Shown: one piece after another, positions 18,260 through 27,253 of the stretch | How positions within the stretch are numbered: position 1 is the stretch's first letter | Layout of the letters: every line of letters begins with the position of its first letter | NCBI GenBank assembly: GCA_040004075.1 | Contig: JBDUBP010000046.1 | Coordinates: 1 to 43,059, forward strand | Direction: 5' to 3' | From: Acidobacteriota bacterium | GTDB taxonomy: Bacteria; Acidobacteriota; Thermoanaerobaculia; UBA5066; Gp7-AA6 | Length of the DNA stretch: 43,059 nt | The notes under the pieces: model-generated | The model's input: the letters and a program-made list of their open reading frames with translations, nothing else | Told to the model about the DNA's origin: nothing | Database searches by the model: none | Made by a program: the position numbers and the translations under genes

Positions 18260-19690
18260 ATGCCCGCCTTCGACCTCGTCGTGATCGGGACCGGTCCGGC
18301 CGGGCAGCGGGCGGCGATCCAGGCGGCCAAGCTCGGGAAAAAGGTGGCGATCTGCGAGAAGCGGACCTCCGTCGGCGGCGTCTGTATCAACACGGGCACG
18401 ATCCCCTCCAAGACGTTCCGGGAAGCCGTGCTCTACCTGACGGGCTTTCTTCACAGGGACGCGTACGGGTCTGCCTGCCTTTCCAACGACGCGATGACGA
18501 TGGACGACCTGCTCTCGCGGTGCTCCAAGGTGATCGCGCGAGAGACGGACGTCATCCGGGACCAGCTGAGGCGCAATGGCGTCGCGGTGCTGAGCGGCGC
18601 CGCGTCGTTTGCGGACCCCCACAGGCTGATCGTCGACGTGCCGGGCGGGCGCACCGAGGTCACGGCGGAGTTCGTGGTCATCGCGACAGGCACGTCTCCC
18701 ACGGAGCCTCCGGGCGTCACCGTGGACGGGGAGACGGTGATTACGTCGGACGGCATCCTGACCCTGAAGTCCATTCCGCGCTCGATGACGGTGGTCGGCG
18801 GAGGAGTCGTGGGGACCGAATACGCGTCGATGTTCGCGGCGCTCGGTGTCGAGGTCACACTGGTCGACAAGCGGCCCCGGCTGCTCGAGTTCGTCGATGC
18901 CGAGATCGCCGAAGCGCTCGCCTACAAGATGCGCGACATGGACTGCACGCTGCGGCTGGGAGAGGACGTCGCCTCCATCGAAGTCGAGCGGCCCCATCGC
19001 GCGGTCGCCACCCTGAAGTCCGGGAAGAAGATCATTTCCGAGCTGCTCCTCTATTCGATCGGCCGGATCGGAGCGACGGCGGAGCTGAACCTGCCCGCGG
19101 CCGGTCTTTCGACGGACTCCCGGGGACGAATCGTCGTGGATGAGCAGTACCGCACGGCCGTGCCTCACATCTTCGCCGCCGGCGACGTGATCGGCTTCCC
19201 TTCGCTCGCCTCGACGTCCATGGAGCAGGGCCGGATCGCCGCGTGCGCGGCGTTCGGAATCCGCGCGAAGTCGATGCCGCATCTCTTCCCCTACGGTATC
19301 TACTCGGTCCCCGAGATCTCGATGGTGGGTCCGAACGAAGAGGAGCTCACGAAAGCGGGCGTACCGTACGAGATCGGGATCTCGCGCTATCGCGAGATCG
19401 CGCGGGGGGCGATCCTCGGGGACTCCTACGGGTTGCTCAAGATTCTCTTCCACCGGGAAACCCGGAAGTTCCTGGCCGTGCACATCATCGGATCGGCGGC
19501 CACGGAGCTCGTCCACATCGGGCAGGCGGTTCTCGCGTTCGACGGAACGATCGACTATTTCGTCGAGAACGTCTTCAACTATCCGACGTTCGCCGAGTGC
19601 TACAAGGTGGCGGCTCTCGACGGGTACAACAAGATCGGCCCGCCGCCCGGGGAGGCGATGCCGCCCGGGACCGCCGGCCGCAAAACGTAA
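18260..19690 (+). CDS. sthA: soluble pyridine nucleotide transhydrogenase (Si-specific)
   Basis: 476 aa flavoprotein disulfide-reductase fold. FDLVVIGTGPAGQRAAIQAAKLGKKVAICEK...GGVCINTGTIPSK has a single Cys in place of the redox CxxxxC, as in SthA. Confidence 0.8.
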   Translation: MPAFDLVVIGTGPAGQRAAIQAAKLGKKVAICEKRTSVGGVCINTGTIPSKTFREAVLYLTGFLHRDAYGSACLSNDAMTMDDLLSRCSKVIARETDVIRDQLRRNGVAVLSGAASFADPHRLIVDVPGGRTEVTAEFVVIATGTSPTEPPGVTVDGETVITSDGILTLKSIPRSMTVVGGGVVGTEYASMFAALGVEVTLVDKRPRLLEFVDAEIAEALAYKMRDMDCTLRLGEDVASIEVERPHRAVATLKSGKKIISELLLYSIGRIGATAELNLPAAGLSTDSRGRIVVDEQYRTAVPHIFAAGDVIGFPSLASTSMEQGRIAACAAFGIRAKSMPHLFPYGIYSVPEISMVGPNEEELTKAGVPYEIGISRYREIARGAILGDSYGLLKILFHRETRKFLAVHIIGSAATELVHIGQAVLAFDGTIDYFVENVFNYPTFAECYKVAALDGYNKIGPPPGEAMPPGTAGRKT

Positions 19691-19720
19691 GCCGGGCGTT
19701 CGAATTCGACTGACTTCTTT

Positions 19721-19755
19721 CGATTCCCGATTCCCGATTCCCGATTCCCGATTCC
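19721..19755. repeat. heptamer array CGATTCC x5 (perfect)
   Basis: Read directly. It fills the convergent gap between the sthA stop (19690) and the SDR stop (19760). Confidence 0.95.
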
Positions 19756-19759
19756 CGTT

Positions 19760-20479
19760 TTACGTCTTCTTCGGCGGCCTCGAAGGACGCAGGTCGATGC
19801 GCGAGGGGATCGCGCGATCGGGGAAACGGACCAGATCCGAGACCGCTTCCGCCACGTCGTCGGCGGACAGCATCCACGAGCTCTCGCGCCGGTCGTCGTG
19901 CCCGCCGAACTCCGTCGCGACCGAGCCGGGCAATACGGCGGCGACCCGGATCCCGTCGTGGCGAAGGTCGAGCATCGAGGCCTCGGACAGGCCGAGGAGC
20001 CCGAACTTCGAGGCATTGTAGGCGGCGCCGCCCGCGAACGCGTTGACCGACGCGAGCGAGGCGATGTTCACGATGAACCCGCCGCCGTTTTTCTTCATCA
20101 GAGGGACTGCCGCCCGGATGGCGTAGAACGGGCCAAAGAGATTCGTTTCGAGAACGTCTCGGAACCGCTCCGGGTCGAGCTTATCGACCGGACCGAACTC
20201 TCCGATCCCCGCGTTGTTCACGAGGACGTCGAGGCGCCCCCGCTTCGAACCCGCGAACTCGATGAGCGCCTTCTGATCATCCTCGCGGCGCGCATCCGCG
20301 GCCCGCCCGGAAATCCTGAGCCCCTCCCTGTCGAACTCTTCGACCGCCCGGCGCGTCGAATCGACGGTGTGACCCGAGATGACGACTTCGAAACCGTCGG
20401 CGTGCAGGCGGCGCGCGATGGCTCGGCCGATTCCACGGGTCGCCCCCGTGACCAGCGCGACGCGAGATCCTTCGTTCAC
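19760..20479 (-). CDS. SDR family oxidoreductase
   Basis: 239 aa. Has the VALVTGATRGIGRAIARRL cofactor motif and the YNASK catalytic motif. Confidence 0.85.
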   Translation of the reverse strand: MNEGSRVALVTGATRGIGRAIARRLHADGFEVVISGHTVDSTRRAVEEFDREGLRISGRAADARREDDQKALIEFAGSKRGRLDVLVNNAGIGEFGPVDKLDPERFRDVLETNLFGPFYAIRAAVPLMKKNGGGFIVNIASLASVNAFAGGAAYNASKFGLLGLSEASMLDLRHDGIRVAAVLPGSVATEFGGHDDRRESSWMLSADDVAEAVSDLVRFPDRAIPSRIDLRPSRPPKKT

Positions 20480-20618
20480 AGCCGGATCCTAACCAAACAT
20501 CGTCGCGTCCCCGTCTCCCTGTTCAGCTCTTCGAGGCCGGCCGCGGCCGCGTCGCCGTAATCCATTCGCGGCTAACGGTTTGCCGTTCGGGCAGACTTCT
20601 TGAATACGAGCGGTATCA

Positions 20619-21893
20619 ATGCGTCGTTTCCCTGCCTCGCCGCTGCTTCTGCTCCTCGTCTGCGGCCTTTTGTCTTCCGGCTGCACGTTCATCAACAACA
20701 TCGTGGGCTCCGAGAAGCGGGACGTCTACAAATTCGACCATCCCTTCACGGTGGAAGACCCGTCCTTCCGGCGCTCGATGGACACACTCGGCACCGCGAT
20801 GGTGGGAGGCAACGAGGCCGAGCTTTTGAAAAACGGAGACGAGATCTTCCCGGCGATGACGCGCGACATCCGCGCGGCGAAAAAGACGGTGAACCTCGAG
20901 ACGTACATCTTCCAGCCGGACCGCGCGGGACGCCAGTTCGCCGACGCGATGATCGACGCGGCGAAGAGAGGGGTCGAGGTCCGCTTCCTGATCGACGCCT
21001 GGGGGAGCAAGCTCAAGGGCCTCGAAGCGGAGCTCAAGAAGGCCGGGGTTCACGTGCGCAAGTACCGGCCGGTGCGTCTCTTCACCATCTACAAGGTCAG
21101 CCGCCGCACGCACCGCAAAATCCTGGTCGTCGACGGCCGGATCGCCTACACCGGAGGCCTCGGAATCGACGAGCGGTGGCTCGGAAACGCCAGGAATACG
21201 AACGAGTGGCGCGACACTCAGGTGCGGGTGGTGGGCCCCGTGGTCGCGCAGATGCAGGCGATCTTCAGCGAGGACTGGACGTACACGACCGGAGAGATTC
21301 TCGCGGGTGAGGGCTTCTATCCGAAGATCGAGAATGCAGCGTCCCTCCAGGCGCAGGCCATCAAGTCGTCGCGGGGCGACTCTTCATCCCTTGCCAAGAT
21401 GTTGTACTACGTCGCCATCCAGTCCGCGGCGAAGAGCATCGACATCCAGAACGCCTACTTCCTGCCCGACAAACAGGTGCGCGAGGCGCTCGTGGCCGCG
21501 GTGCAGCGCGGGGTGAGCGTCCAGGTGATGGTGCCCGGGCGGCACATCGACCTCCCGATGGTCCGCTTCGCCTCGTGGCTTCACTACGGAGAGCTCCTGA
21601 AGGGCGGAGTGAAGATCTACGAATACCGCGGCACGATGATGCACAACAAGACGATGGTCGTGGACGGTTTGTACTCGACGATCGGGTCGATCAACTTCGA
21701 CTCGCGCTCCATGAGCCGCAACGCCGAGGAGAGCCTCGCGTTCTACGACCGGGGCTTCGCCCGAAAGATGGAGGCGATGTTCGAAGACGACAGGAAGCGG
21801 TGCCAGGAGATCACCCATGAGGCGTGGGACAAACGGGGCCTGGTTCAACGGCTCGCCGAACTGGTCTTCTGGATCTGGGAGCCGTATTACTGA
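20619..21893 (+). CDS. phospholipase D family protein / cardiolipin synthase (ClsB-like), probable lipoprotein
   Basis: Two HKD motifs: HRKILVVDGRIAYTGGLGI and HNKTMVVDGLYSTIGSINFD. N-terminus is LLLLLVCGLLSSGCTF. Confidence 0.85.
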   Translation: MRRFPASPLLLLLVCGLLSSGCTFINNIVGSEKRDVYKFDHPFTVEDPSFRRSMDTLGTAMVGGNEAELLKNGDEIFPAMTRDIRAAKKTVNLETYIFQPDRAGRQFADAMIDAAKRGVEVRFLIDAWGSKLKGLEAELKKAGVHVRKYRPVRLFTIYKVSRRTHRKILVVDGRIAYTGGLGIDERWLGNARNTNEWRDTQVRVVGPVVAQMQAIFSEDWTYTTGEILAGEGFYPKIENAASLQAQAIKSSRGDSSSLAKMLYYVAIQSAAKSIDIQNAYFLPDKQVREALVAAVQRGVSVQVMVPGRHIDLPMVRFASWLHYGELLKGGVKIYEYRGTMMHNKTMVVDGLYSTIGSINFDSRSMSRNAEESLAFYDRGFARKMEAMFEDDRKRCQEITHEAWDKRGLVQRLAELVFWIWEPYY

Positions 21894-21898
21894 ATACC

Positions 21899-21961
21899 GG
21901 AAGGCGGAAGGCGGGAGGGGGAAGGCGGGGAGAGGCGAAAGGCGAATGGCGAAGAAGGGCG
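21899..21961. repeat. heptamer array (GGAAGGC GGAAGGC GGGAGGG GGAAGGC GGGGAGA GGCGAAA GGCGAAT GGCGAAG ...)
   Basis: Read directly. It starts 6 nt after the PLD stop and is the inverted partner of 22440..22488. Confidence 0.9.
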
Positions 21962-21982
21962 TTTCAGGAGCGATGTGATGCC

Positions 21983-22396
21983 ATGGCAGGAAAGCGGTTC
22001 GTGAGAAGTTCGGCAGAGCGGCAGCGAATCATCGCGGCCGCCGCCGCCTTGCTCCTCTTCGCCGCGTCCGCTCTGGCCGCGTCGCGCCCGGCGGCGGAGC
22101 AGAAGAGGATCGACTGGCTGATCGAAGAGGTCCGCAACTCCCGCGGCGTCTTCATCCGCAACGGCGAGGAATATCCGGCCGCCAAGGCCGTTTCACACCT
22201 GAAATTCAAGCTCCTCATGGCCGGGAAACGCGTCCAGACAGTCCGCGACTTCATCGAAGGCGTCGCTTCGCATTCGCAGGAGACTGGAAAGCCCTACCAG
22301 ATCCGATTGCCGGACAGGCCCGCACGGCCGATGAAGGATTGGCTCAACGAGAGGCTGGCGGAGTTCGAAAAGGGAGCGTCCAGCGTCAAGCGTTGA
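21983..22396 (+). CDS. DUF5329 family protein
   Basis: 137 aa with a signal-like N-terminus. RIDWLIEEVRNSRGVFIRNGEEYPAAKAVSHLKFK...FIEGVASHSQETGKPYQIRL matches the DUF5329 pattern. AGGAG lies upstream of the ATG at 21983. Confidence 0.7.
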   Translation: MAGKRFVRSSAERQRIIAAAAALLLFAASALAASRPAAEQKRIDWLIEEVRNSRGVFIRNGEEYPAAKAVSHLKFKLLMAGKRVQTVRDFIEGVASHSQETGKPYQIRLPDRPARPMKDWLNERLAEFEKGASSVKR

Positions 22397-22416
22397 GCGT
22401 TGAGCGGTCAGCGTGA
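22382..22416. repeat. heptamer array (AGCGTCA AGCGTTG AGCGTTG AGCGGTC AGCGTGA)
   Basis: Read directly. It spans both convergent stop codons (22394-96 and 22408-10). Confidence 0.85.
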
Positions 22417-23940
22417 GAACGCGGGCAAGCGCTCGCTCTTGCTCCCTCCCGCCTTCCGCCTCCCGCCTTCCGCCTCCCGTCTCCCCGAAAGCGCCCAGTA
22501 GAGCAGGCCGGACGCGAAGAACCCGACAAACCAGCCATACGCATAGAGAGGCTTCAACGCCGGCCAGAGGAGTCCGCCCCAGGCGAGCGCGCACCCCGTC
22601 AGCGTGGCGACGACGGCTTTCCAGTTCCACCCGCCCGCGTAGCGATAAATCCCGCGGGTCAGGTAGAGGTCTTCCAGGCGCAGCCGCGTGCGCCTGACGA
22701 TCCAGTAGTCCGCGATCAGGACGCCGGCGATCGATCCGAGGCCTCCGGAATAGCCGAGAAGCCAGGTGAAGATGTAGCCGGAGGGATCCGCCAGAAGCCT
22801 CCAGGGCCGCATCAGGATCCCGATGATTCCAGTGATGAGACCCCCGGTCTTGAATCGGATGAGGCGCGGAAACGCGTTGGCGAAGTCGTTCGCGGGCGAC
22901 ACGACGTTGGCCGCGATGTTCACCGCGAGCGTGGCCACCACCACCGTGAACATCGAAACGGCGACGATGAACGGCTGGGAGAACTTCCCGACGAGGACGA
23001 CCGGGTCCCAGATGGCCTTGCCGTAGATGATCGCCGTCGCGCTCGTGATCAGGACCCCCATCGCGGCGAAGAGCGACATGGTCGTCGGAAGCGCCACGAC
23101 CTGTCCGATCATCTGATCGCGCTGACTCCGGCCGAAACGCGTGAAGTCGGGCATGTTGAGAGACAGCGTCGCCCAGAACCCGATCATCGCCGTCAGGGAG
23201 GGCACGAACACCGGGAAGAACTCCCGGAACGTGCGCAACGACCCCGGCTGCGCGAGCAGCGGTCCGAGGCCGTGCGCGCGCCGGACCGCCCAGACGAGCA
23301 GGGCCGCTGTCATCACGAGAACGAACGGAGCCGCCCAGTTCTCGACCTTGCGAAGGAGATCCATGCCTCGGTAGACGATCACGATGTTCAGCGCCCAGAA
23401 CAGAAGGAAGGAGATCCACTCCGCGCCCGTGTGGCCCGAGAAACCGCTGCCGAAACGGGCCGTCCATTTCGGGTCGATCGCTTGGAAGAGTGTGTTCAGG
23501 GCCTCGCCGCCGATCCAGCACTGGATGCCGAACCAGCCGCACGCCACGAGAGCGCGCATGATCGCCGGCAGGTTCGATCCCAGCGTGCCGTATGCCGCGC
23601 GCGCGAAAACGGGGAACGGGATGCCGTAGCGCGTCCCGGGATGCGAGTTCAGGAGGATCGGCACGAGGACGATGACGTTGCCGAGGAGGATCGTGATGAG
23701 CGCCTGCCACCAGTTCATGCCCGCCGCCATCAACCCGGAGGCCATGTAGTACGTCGGAATGCAGTGCGCCATGCTGATCCAGAGCGCCGCGTAGTTGTAC
23801 GTGGTCCAGGTGCGCCGGGAGATCGGCACCGGCAGAAGGTCCTTGTTGGCGAGGGGCGAGGAAGCGATCCGCGTCTGATCGATCAGCTCCACGCGGCCGT
23901 CCCCGTGCCGCTTCTCGTTCCCGTAGACGGTCGTCGCCAC
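22408..23940 (-). CDS. NCS1 family nucleobase:cation symporter (allantoin/uracil/hydantoin permease-like)
   Basis: 510 aa polytopic protein. LPVPISRRTWTTYNYAALWISMAHCIPTYYMASG and GWFGIQCWIGG are typical NCS1 segments. GTG start at 23940. Confidence 0.9.
   Translation of the reverse strand: MATTVYGNEKRHGDGRVELIDQTRIASSPLANKDLLPVPISRRTWTTYNYAALWISMAHCIPTYYMASGLMAAGMNWWQALITILLGNVIVLVPILLNSHPGTRYGIPFPVFARAAYGTLGSNLPAIMRALVACGWFGIQCWIGGEALNTLFQAIDPKWTARFGSGFSGHTGAEWISFLLFWALNIVIVYRGMDLLRKVENWAAPFVLVMTAALLVWAVRRAHGLGPLLAQPGSLRTFREFFPVFVPSLTAMIGFWATLSLNMPDFTRFGRSQRDQMIGQVVALPTTMSLFAAMGVLITSATAIIYGKAIWDPVVLVGKFSQPFIVAVSMFTVVVATLAVNIAANVVSPANDFANAFPRLIRFKTGGLITGIIGILMRPWRLLADPSGYIFTWLLGYSGGLGSIAGVLIADYWIVRRTRLRLEDLYLTRGIYRYAGGWNWKAVVATLTGCALAWGGLLWPALKPLYAYGWFVGFFASGLLYWALSGRREAEGGRRKAGGSKSERLPAFSR
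22440..22488. repeat. heptamer array (TCCCGCC TTCCGCC TCCCGCC TTCCGCC TCCCGTC ...) inside the 3' end of the NCS1 CDS
   Basis: Read directly. Its reverse complement shares a perfect 17-mer, GGCGGAAGGCGGGAGGG, with 21899..21961. Confidence 0.9.
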
Positions 23941-23980
23941 GCGCGGCCATTCTAAGGCCCTATGATGGGCGCCTCATCCG

Positions 23981-25324
23981 ATGATCCGCCCGGATTTCGT
24001 GCTCCGAAGCCGACGCGTGGCGACCCCGGAAGGCCTCCGGCCGGCGGGGGTGCGGGTTGCGGGCGGCCGCATCGTGTCGGTGGATCCGTACGACGTCCTC
24101 GAGACCGGGGTGACCGTCGAGGACGCCGGCGACGCCCTGGTCCTTCCGGGTCTCGTCGACACCCATGTCCACGTCAACGAACCGGGGCGGACCCACTGGG
24201 AAGGGTTCGAGACGGCGACGGCCGCCGCCGCGGCGGGCGGGATCACCACCGTGATCGACATGCCCTTGAACGCGATCCCGCCGACCACGACGCGCGACGG
24301 ATGGTTCGCCAAGATCGACGCGGCCGCGGGGCGCTGCTCGGTCGACGTCGGATTCTGGGGCGGGCTCGTTCCGGGCAACGCCGCGGAACTGGCGGGACTT
24401 CGGAACGCCGGAGCCTTCGGCTTCAAGTCCTTCCTCGCGCCGTCCGGCGCCCCGGAGTTCGGACACGTCTCGGAAGATGACCTTCTGGCCGCCGCGCGCG
24501 AGCTCGCGGCGAGCGGCGCTCCTCTGCTCGTCCATGCCGAATCCGCCGCGCTTCTCCGAAAACTCACCGGCGCGCCGGCTTCCTACGCGAGCTATCTCGC
24601 GTCGCGTCCCGCCGCCGCCGAAGTGGCGGCCGTCGAGACCGTGATCCGGCTCTCGCGGGCGACCGGTGTGGCGGTCCACGTCCTGCATCTCTCGGCCGCC
24701 GATGCGCTCGCGCCGCTCGCGGCCGCCCGCGCGGAGGGCCTGCGCGTCACCGTCGAAACGTGTCCGCATTACCTGACCTTCGCGGCCGAGGAGATCGCGG
24801 ATGGCGCCACGCTCTACAAGTGCACGCCTCCGATCCGCAGCCGGGAGAACCGGGAGCTTCTCTGGAAGGGGCTGGCGGACGGCGTCATCGACATGGTGGT
24901 CTCGGACCACTCTCCCTGCCCGCCCGAAGACAAGCGCCTCGCCGAGGGCGACTTCGGCTCGGCGTGGGGAGGGATCGCGTCTCTCGAGCTCACTCTCGCT
25001 GCCGTCTGGACGGGCGCCGAGGAGCGGCGCGTCGCTCCCGAGCGCGTCGTCGAGTGGATGAGCGCGGCGCCCGCTCGATTCGCCGGACTCCTGCACGACA
25101 AGGGAGCGATCGCGGCCGGTCGCGAGGCCGACCTGGTCGTCTTCGATCCCGCCGCCGTGCGCGTGGTCGATCCGTCCCGTCTCCACCAGCGGCATCCGCA
25201 GACTCCCTACGCAGGACGCGAGCTGCGAGGGCGCGTTCGGACGACCTACCTCAGAGGTGAGAAGATCTTCGACGGCGGCCGTCTCGTCCGCGCCGGGCGC
25301 GGCGAGCTCCTTTTGTCTGGTTGA
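23981..25324 (+). CDS. allB: allantoinase
   Basis: 447 aa cyclic amidohydrolase. Contains DTHVHVNEPGRTHWEGFETATAAAAAGGITTVIDMPLN. Context includes allantoicase, uricase and related genes. Confidence 0.9.
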   Translation: MIRPDFVLRSRRVATPEGLRPAGVRVAGGRIVSVDPYDVLETGVTVEDAGDALVLPGLVDTHVHVNEPGRTHWEGFETATAAAAAGGITTVIDMPLNAIPPTTTRDGWFAKIDAAAGRCSVDVGFWGGLVPGNAAELAGLRNAGAFGFKSFLAPSGAPEFGHVSEDDLLAAARELAASGAPLLVHAESAALLRKLTGAPASYASYLASRPAAAEVAAVETVIRLSRATGVAVHVLHLSAADALAPLAAARAEGLRVTVETCPHYLTFAAEEIADGATLYKCTPPIRSRENRELLWKGLADGVIDMVVSDHSPCPPEDKRLAEGDFGSAWGGIASLELTLAAVWTGAEERRVAPERVVEWMSAAPARFAGLLHDKGAIAAGREADLVVFDPAAVRVVDPSRLHQRHPQTPYAGRELRGRVRTTYLRGEKIFDGGRLVRAGRGELLLSG

Positions 25325-25346
25325 GGAGTTGGTGGAAGGGAGCCCC

Positions 25347-26378
25347 GTGCCGGACTTCATGGACCTGATCGACCTCGCCTCGGAGCGGCTGGGAGGCTCG
25401 GCGATCGCCGCGAACGACGAATTCTTCGCGCCCCGCGAAAACCTCCTCAAACCGGGCAAGCCGGTCTTTCGGGAAGACGAGTACACGGACCGGGGCAAGT
25501 GGATGGATGGATGGGAGACCCGGCGCCGGCGCAAACCCGGCCACGATTGGTGCGTCATCCGTCTGGGCCTTCCCGGGATCCTGCACGGGTTCGTCATCGA
25601 TACGACCCACTTCAAGGGAAACGCGCCGGAGGCGTGCTCGATCGAAGCCTGCGAGACCGCGGATCTCTCTCCCGAGCCCTGGGAAGCCGAAAAGATTTCC
25701 TGGACCGAGCTCGTGCCGAAGTCGCCCGTGCGGCCCGACTCTCAGAACGTCTTTTCCGCCGCCGCCCCCCGCCCGTTCACCCATGTCCGGTTGAACATCT
25801 TTCCCGACGGCGGGGTCGCGCGCCTGCGGGTGCACGGCGAGGTCGCTCCGGACTGGGACCGGGTCGCGCGCGCCGGCGGCGAGCTCGACCTCGCGGCGGT
25901 CGAGAACGGAGGCCTCGTCCTCGCCGCGAGCGACGAGTTTTTCGGGGCGCGGCAGAACCTGATCATGCCGGGTCGCGGCCGCGACATGGGAGACGGCTGG
26001 GAGACGCAGCGGCGGCGGGGCATCGGCCACGACTGGGCGATCGTGCGGCTCGGGCGATCCGGGCTGGTGCGGCGGATCGACGTGGACACCGTGCACTTCA
26101 AGGGAAACGCGCCCGGCAGCTGCTCCGTCGAGGTCTGCCGGTCGCCGGGGGCCGGCGTTTCCGAGCTCCAGGAGTCCTCTCGCGAATGGGACCAGATTCT
26201 GCCGGAGACGAAGCTCTTCCCGCACACCCTCCACCGCTTCGAGCGGGAGCTCGCCCCCGCGGGTGAAGCGACGCACGCGCGGTTCAACATCTATCCGGAC
26301 GGGGGAGTGAGCCGGCTCCGGCTATGGGCCCCCGCTCCGGTCTCGGCCGCTTCTCCGGCCCCCGGCGGGATCGTTTGA
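25347..26378 (+). CDS. alc: allantoicase
   Basis: Two allantoicase repeats: NDEFFAPRENLLKP...GWETRRRR and SDEFFGARQNLIMP...GWETQRRR. GTG at 25347 follows GGAAGGGAG. An alternative ATG lies at 25359. Confidence 0.9.
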   Translation: MPDFMDLIDLASERLGGSAIAANDEFFAPRENLLKPGKPVFREDEYTDRGKWMDGWETRRRRKPGHDWCVIRLGLPGILHGFVIDTTHFKGNAPEACSIEACETADLSPEPWEAEKISWTELVPKSPVRPDSQNVFSAAAPRPFTHVRLNIFPDGGVARLRVHGEVAPDWDRVARAGGELDLAAVENGGLVLAASDEFFGARQNLIMPGRGRDMGDGWETQRRRGIGHDWAIVRLGRSGLVRRIDVDTVHFKGNAPGSCSVEVCRSPGAGVSELQESSREWDQILPETKLFPHTLHRFERELAPAGEATHARFNIYPDGGVSRLRLWAPAPVSAASPAPGGIV

Positions 26379-26869
26379 CAGCCGCCGGAATCGGCCTCCT
26401 GGACGCCTTGCCTTCCGACGCGGCGGAGACGGAGTTGCTCGGATGCTGCGGCTCTCCCGAGTGGGCTCGGCGGATGGCCGCCGCGCGCCCGTTCGGCTCG
26501 CTCGACCGGCTCTTCCAGACCGCGGACGCGGCGTGGCGCTCCCTCCCGGACTCGGAGCGGCTCCAGGCGCTCGACGCCCATCCGCGCATCGGCGACCGGG
26601 CCGCCTCGGGACGCGCCGCCGAGGAGCAGGCGGCGGCGCTCTCGGCCGGCGACGAGGACGTGCGCCTCCTCGCCGAGGCGAATCGCGAGTACGAAGCGCG
26701 CTTCGGGCGCATCTTCATCGTCTGCGCGGCCGGCAGGACCGCGAGGCAGGTGCTGGCCCTCTGCCGGGAGCGATTGAAAAACGACGCGGCGATGGAGCTG
26801 ACGATCGCCGCAGAAGAACAGCGTCAGATCACGCGTCTTCGGCTCGAGAGGCTGGCCGCGGGCCGATGA
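26324..26869 (+). CDS. uraD: 2-oxo-4-hydroxy-4-carboxy-5-ureidoimidazoline (OHCU) decarboxylase
   Basis: Contains LLGCCGSPEWARRMAAARPF...LDAHPRIG...YEARFGRIFIVCAAGRTA. An alternative TTG start at 26375 overlaps the alc stop. Confidence 0.85.
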   Translation: MGPRSGLGRFSGPRRDRLTAAGIGLLDALPSDAAETELLGCCGSPEWARRMAAARPFGSLDRLFQTADAAWRSLPDSERLQALDAHPRIGDRAASGRAAEEQAAALSAGDEDVRLLAEANREYEARFGRIFIVCAAGRTARQVLALCRERLKNDAAMELTIAAEEQRQITRLRLERLAAGR

Positions 26870-27201
26870 GCGCGATCACCACGCACATTCTCGACACCGC
26901 GCGCGGACGGCCGGCCCGGGGAGTTCCCCTGCGTCTCGAGGTGCGATCCGGAGGGACGACGTGGACGGCGATTGCGCAGGGGGTCTCCGACTCCGACGGG
27001 CGGGCGAGGCTTCTCGAGACCGTGTCCGGGCCGGGAACGTACCGGCTGACGTTCGACACGGGCGCCTATTTCGCGACCGTTGGCGCGTCGGCCTTCTACC
27101 CGGAGGTCCAGGTGGTCTTCGAGATCGTCGACGCGGCCTCGCACCACCACGTTCCCCTGCTCCTCTCGCCTTTCGGATACTCGACTTACCGGGGGAGCTG
27201 A
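26866..27201 (+). CDS. uraH: 5-hydroxyisourate hydrolase (transthyretin-like)
   Basis: 111 aa. Starts MSAITTHILDTARGRPA, contains HHHVPLLLSPFGYSTYRGS and ends in the YRGS signature. ATGA overlap with the uraD stop. Confidence 0.9.
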   Translation: MSAITTHILDTARGRPARGVPLRLEVRSGGTTWTAIAQGVSDSDGRARLLETVSGPGTYRLTFDTGAYFATVGASAFYPEVQVVFEIVDAASHHHVPLLLSPFGYSTYRGS

Positions 27202-27204
27202 TGT

Positions 27205-27246
27205 CAGCTCTCAGTTTCAAGTTTTCGGTTTTCAGTTCTCAGCCCC
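27205..27246. repeat. heptamer array (CAGCTCT CAGTTTC AAGTTTT CGGTTTT CAGTTCT CAGCCCC)
   Basis: Read directly. It fills the uraH-uricase intergenic spacer. Confidence 0.8.
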
Positions 27247-27253
27247 TCTGACG

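Noticed and set aside
17179-18411. Upstream extension of the 707-aa track ORF that contains PlsC
   Set aside because: It overlaps the K-channel gene in another frame and translates to R/P/G-rich junk. PlsC motifs and its TM anchor lie only in the last roughly 250 codons.
22193-23950. 585-aa minus-strand ORF overlapping the NCS1 permease in another frame
   Set aside because: R/P/G/H-rich junk translation. The co-located frame 22408..23940 gives a clean polytopic NCS1 sequence.
23960-25615. 551-aa ORF antisense to allantoinase and allantoicase
   Set aside because: A shadow ORF with low-complexity R/G/A/P composition. The plus-strand frames carry clear amidohydrolase and allantoicase motifs.
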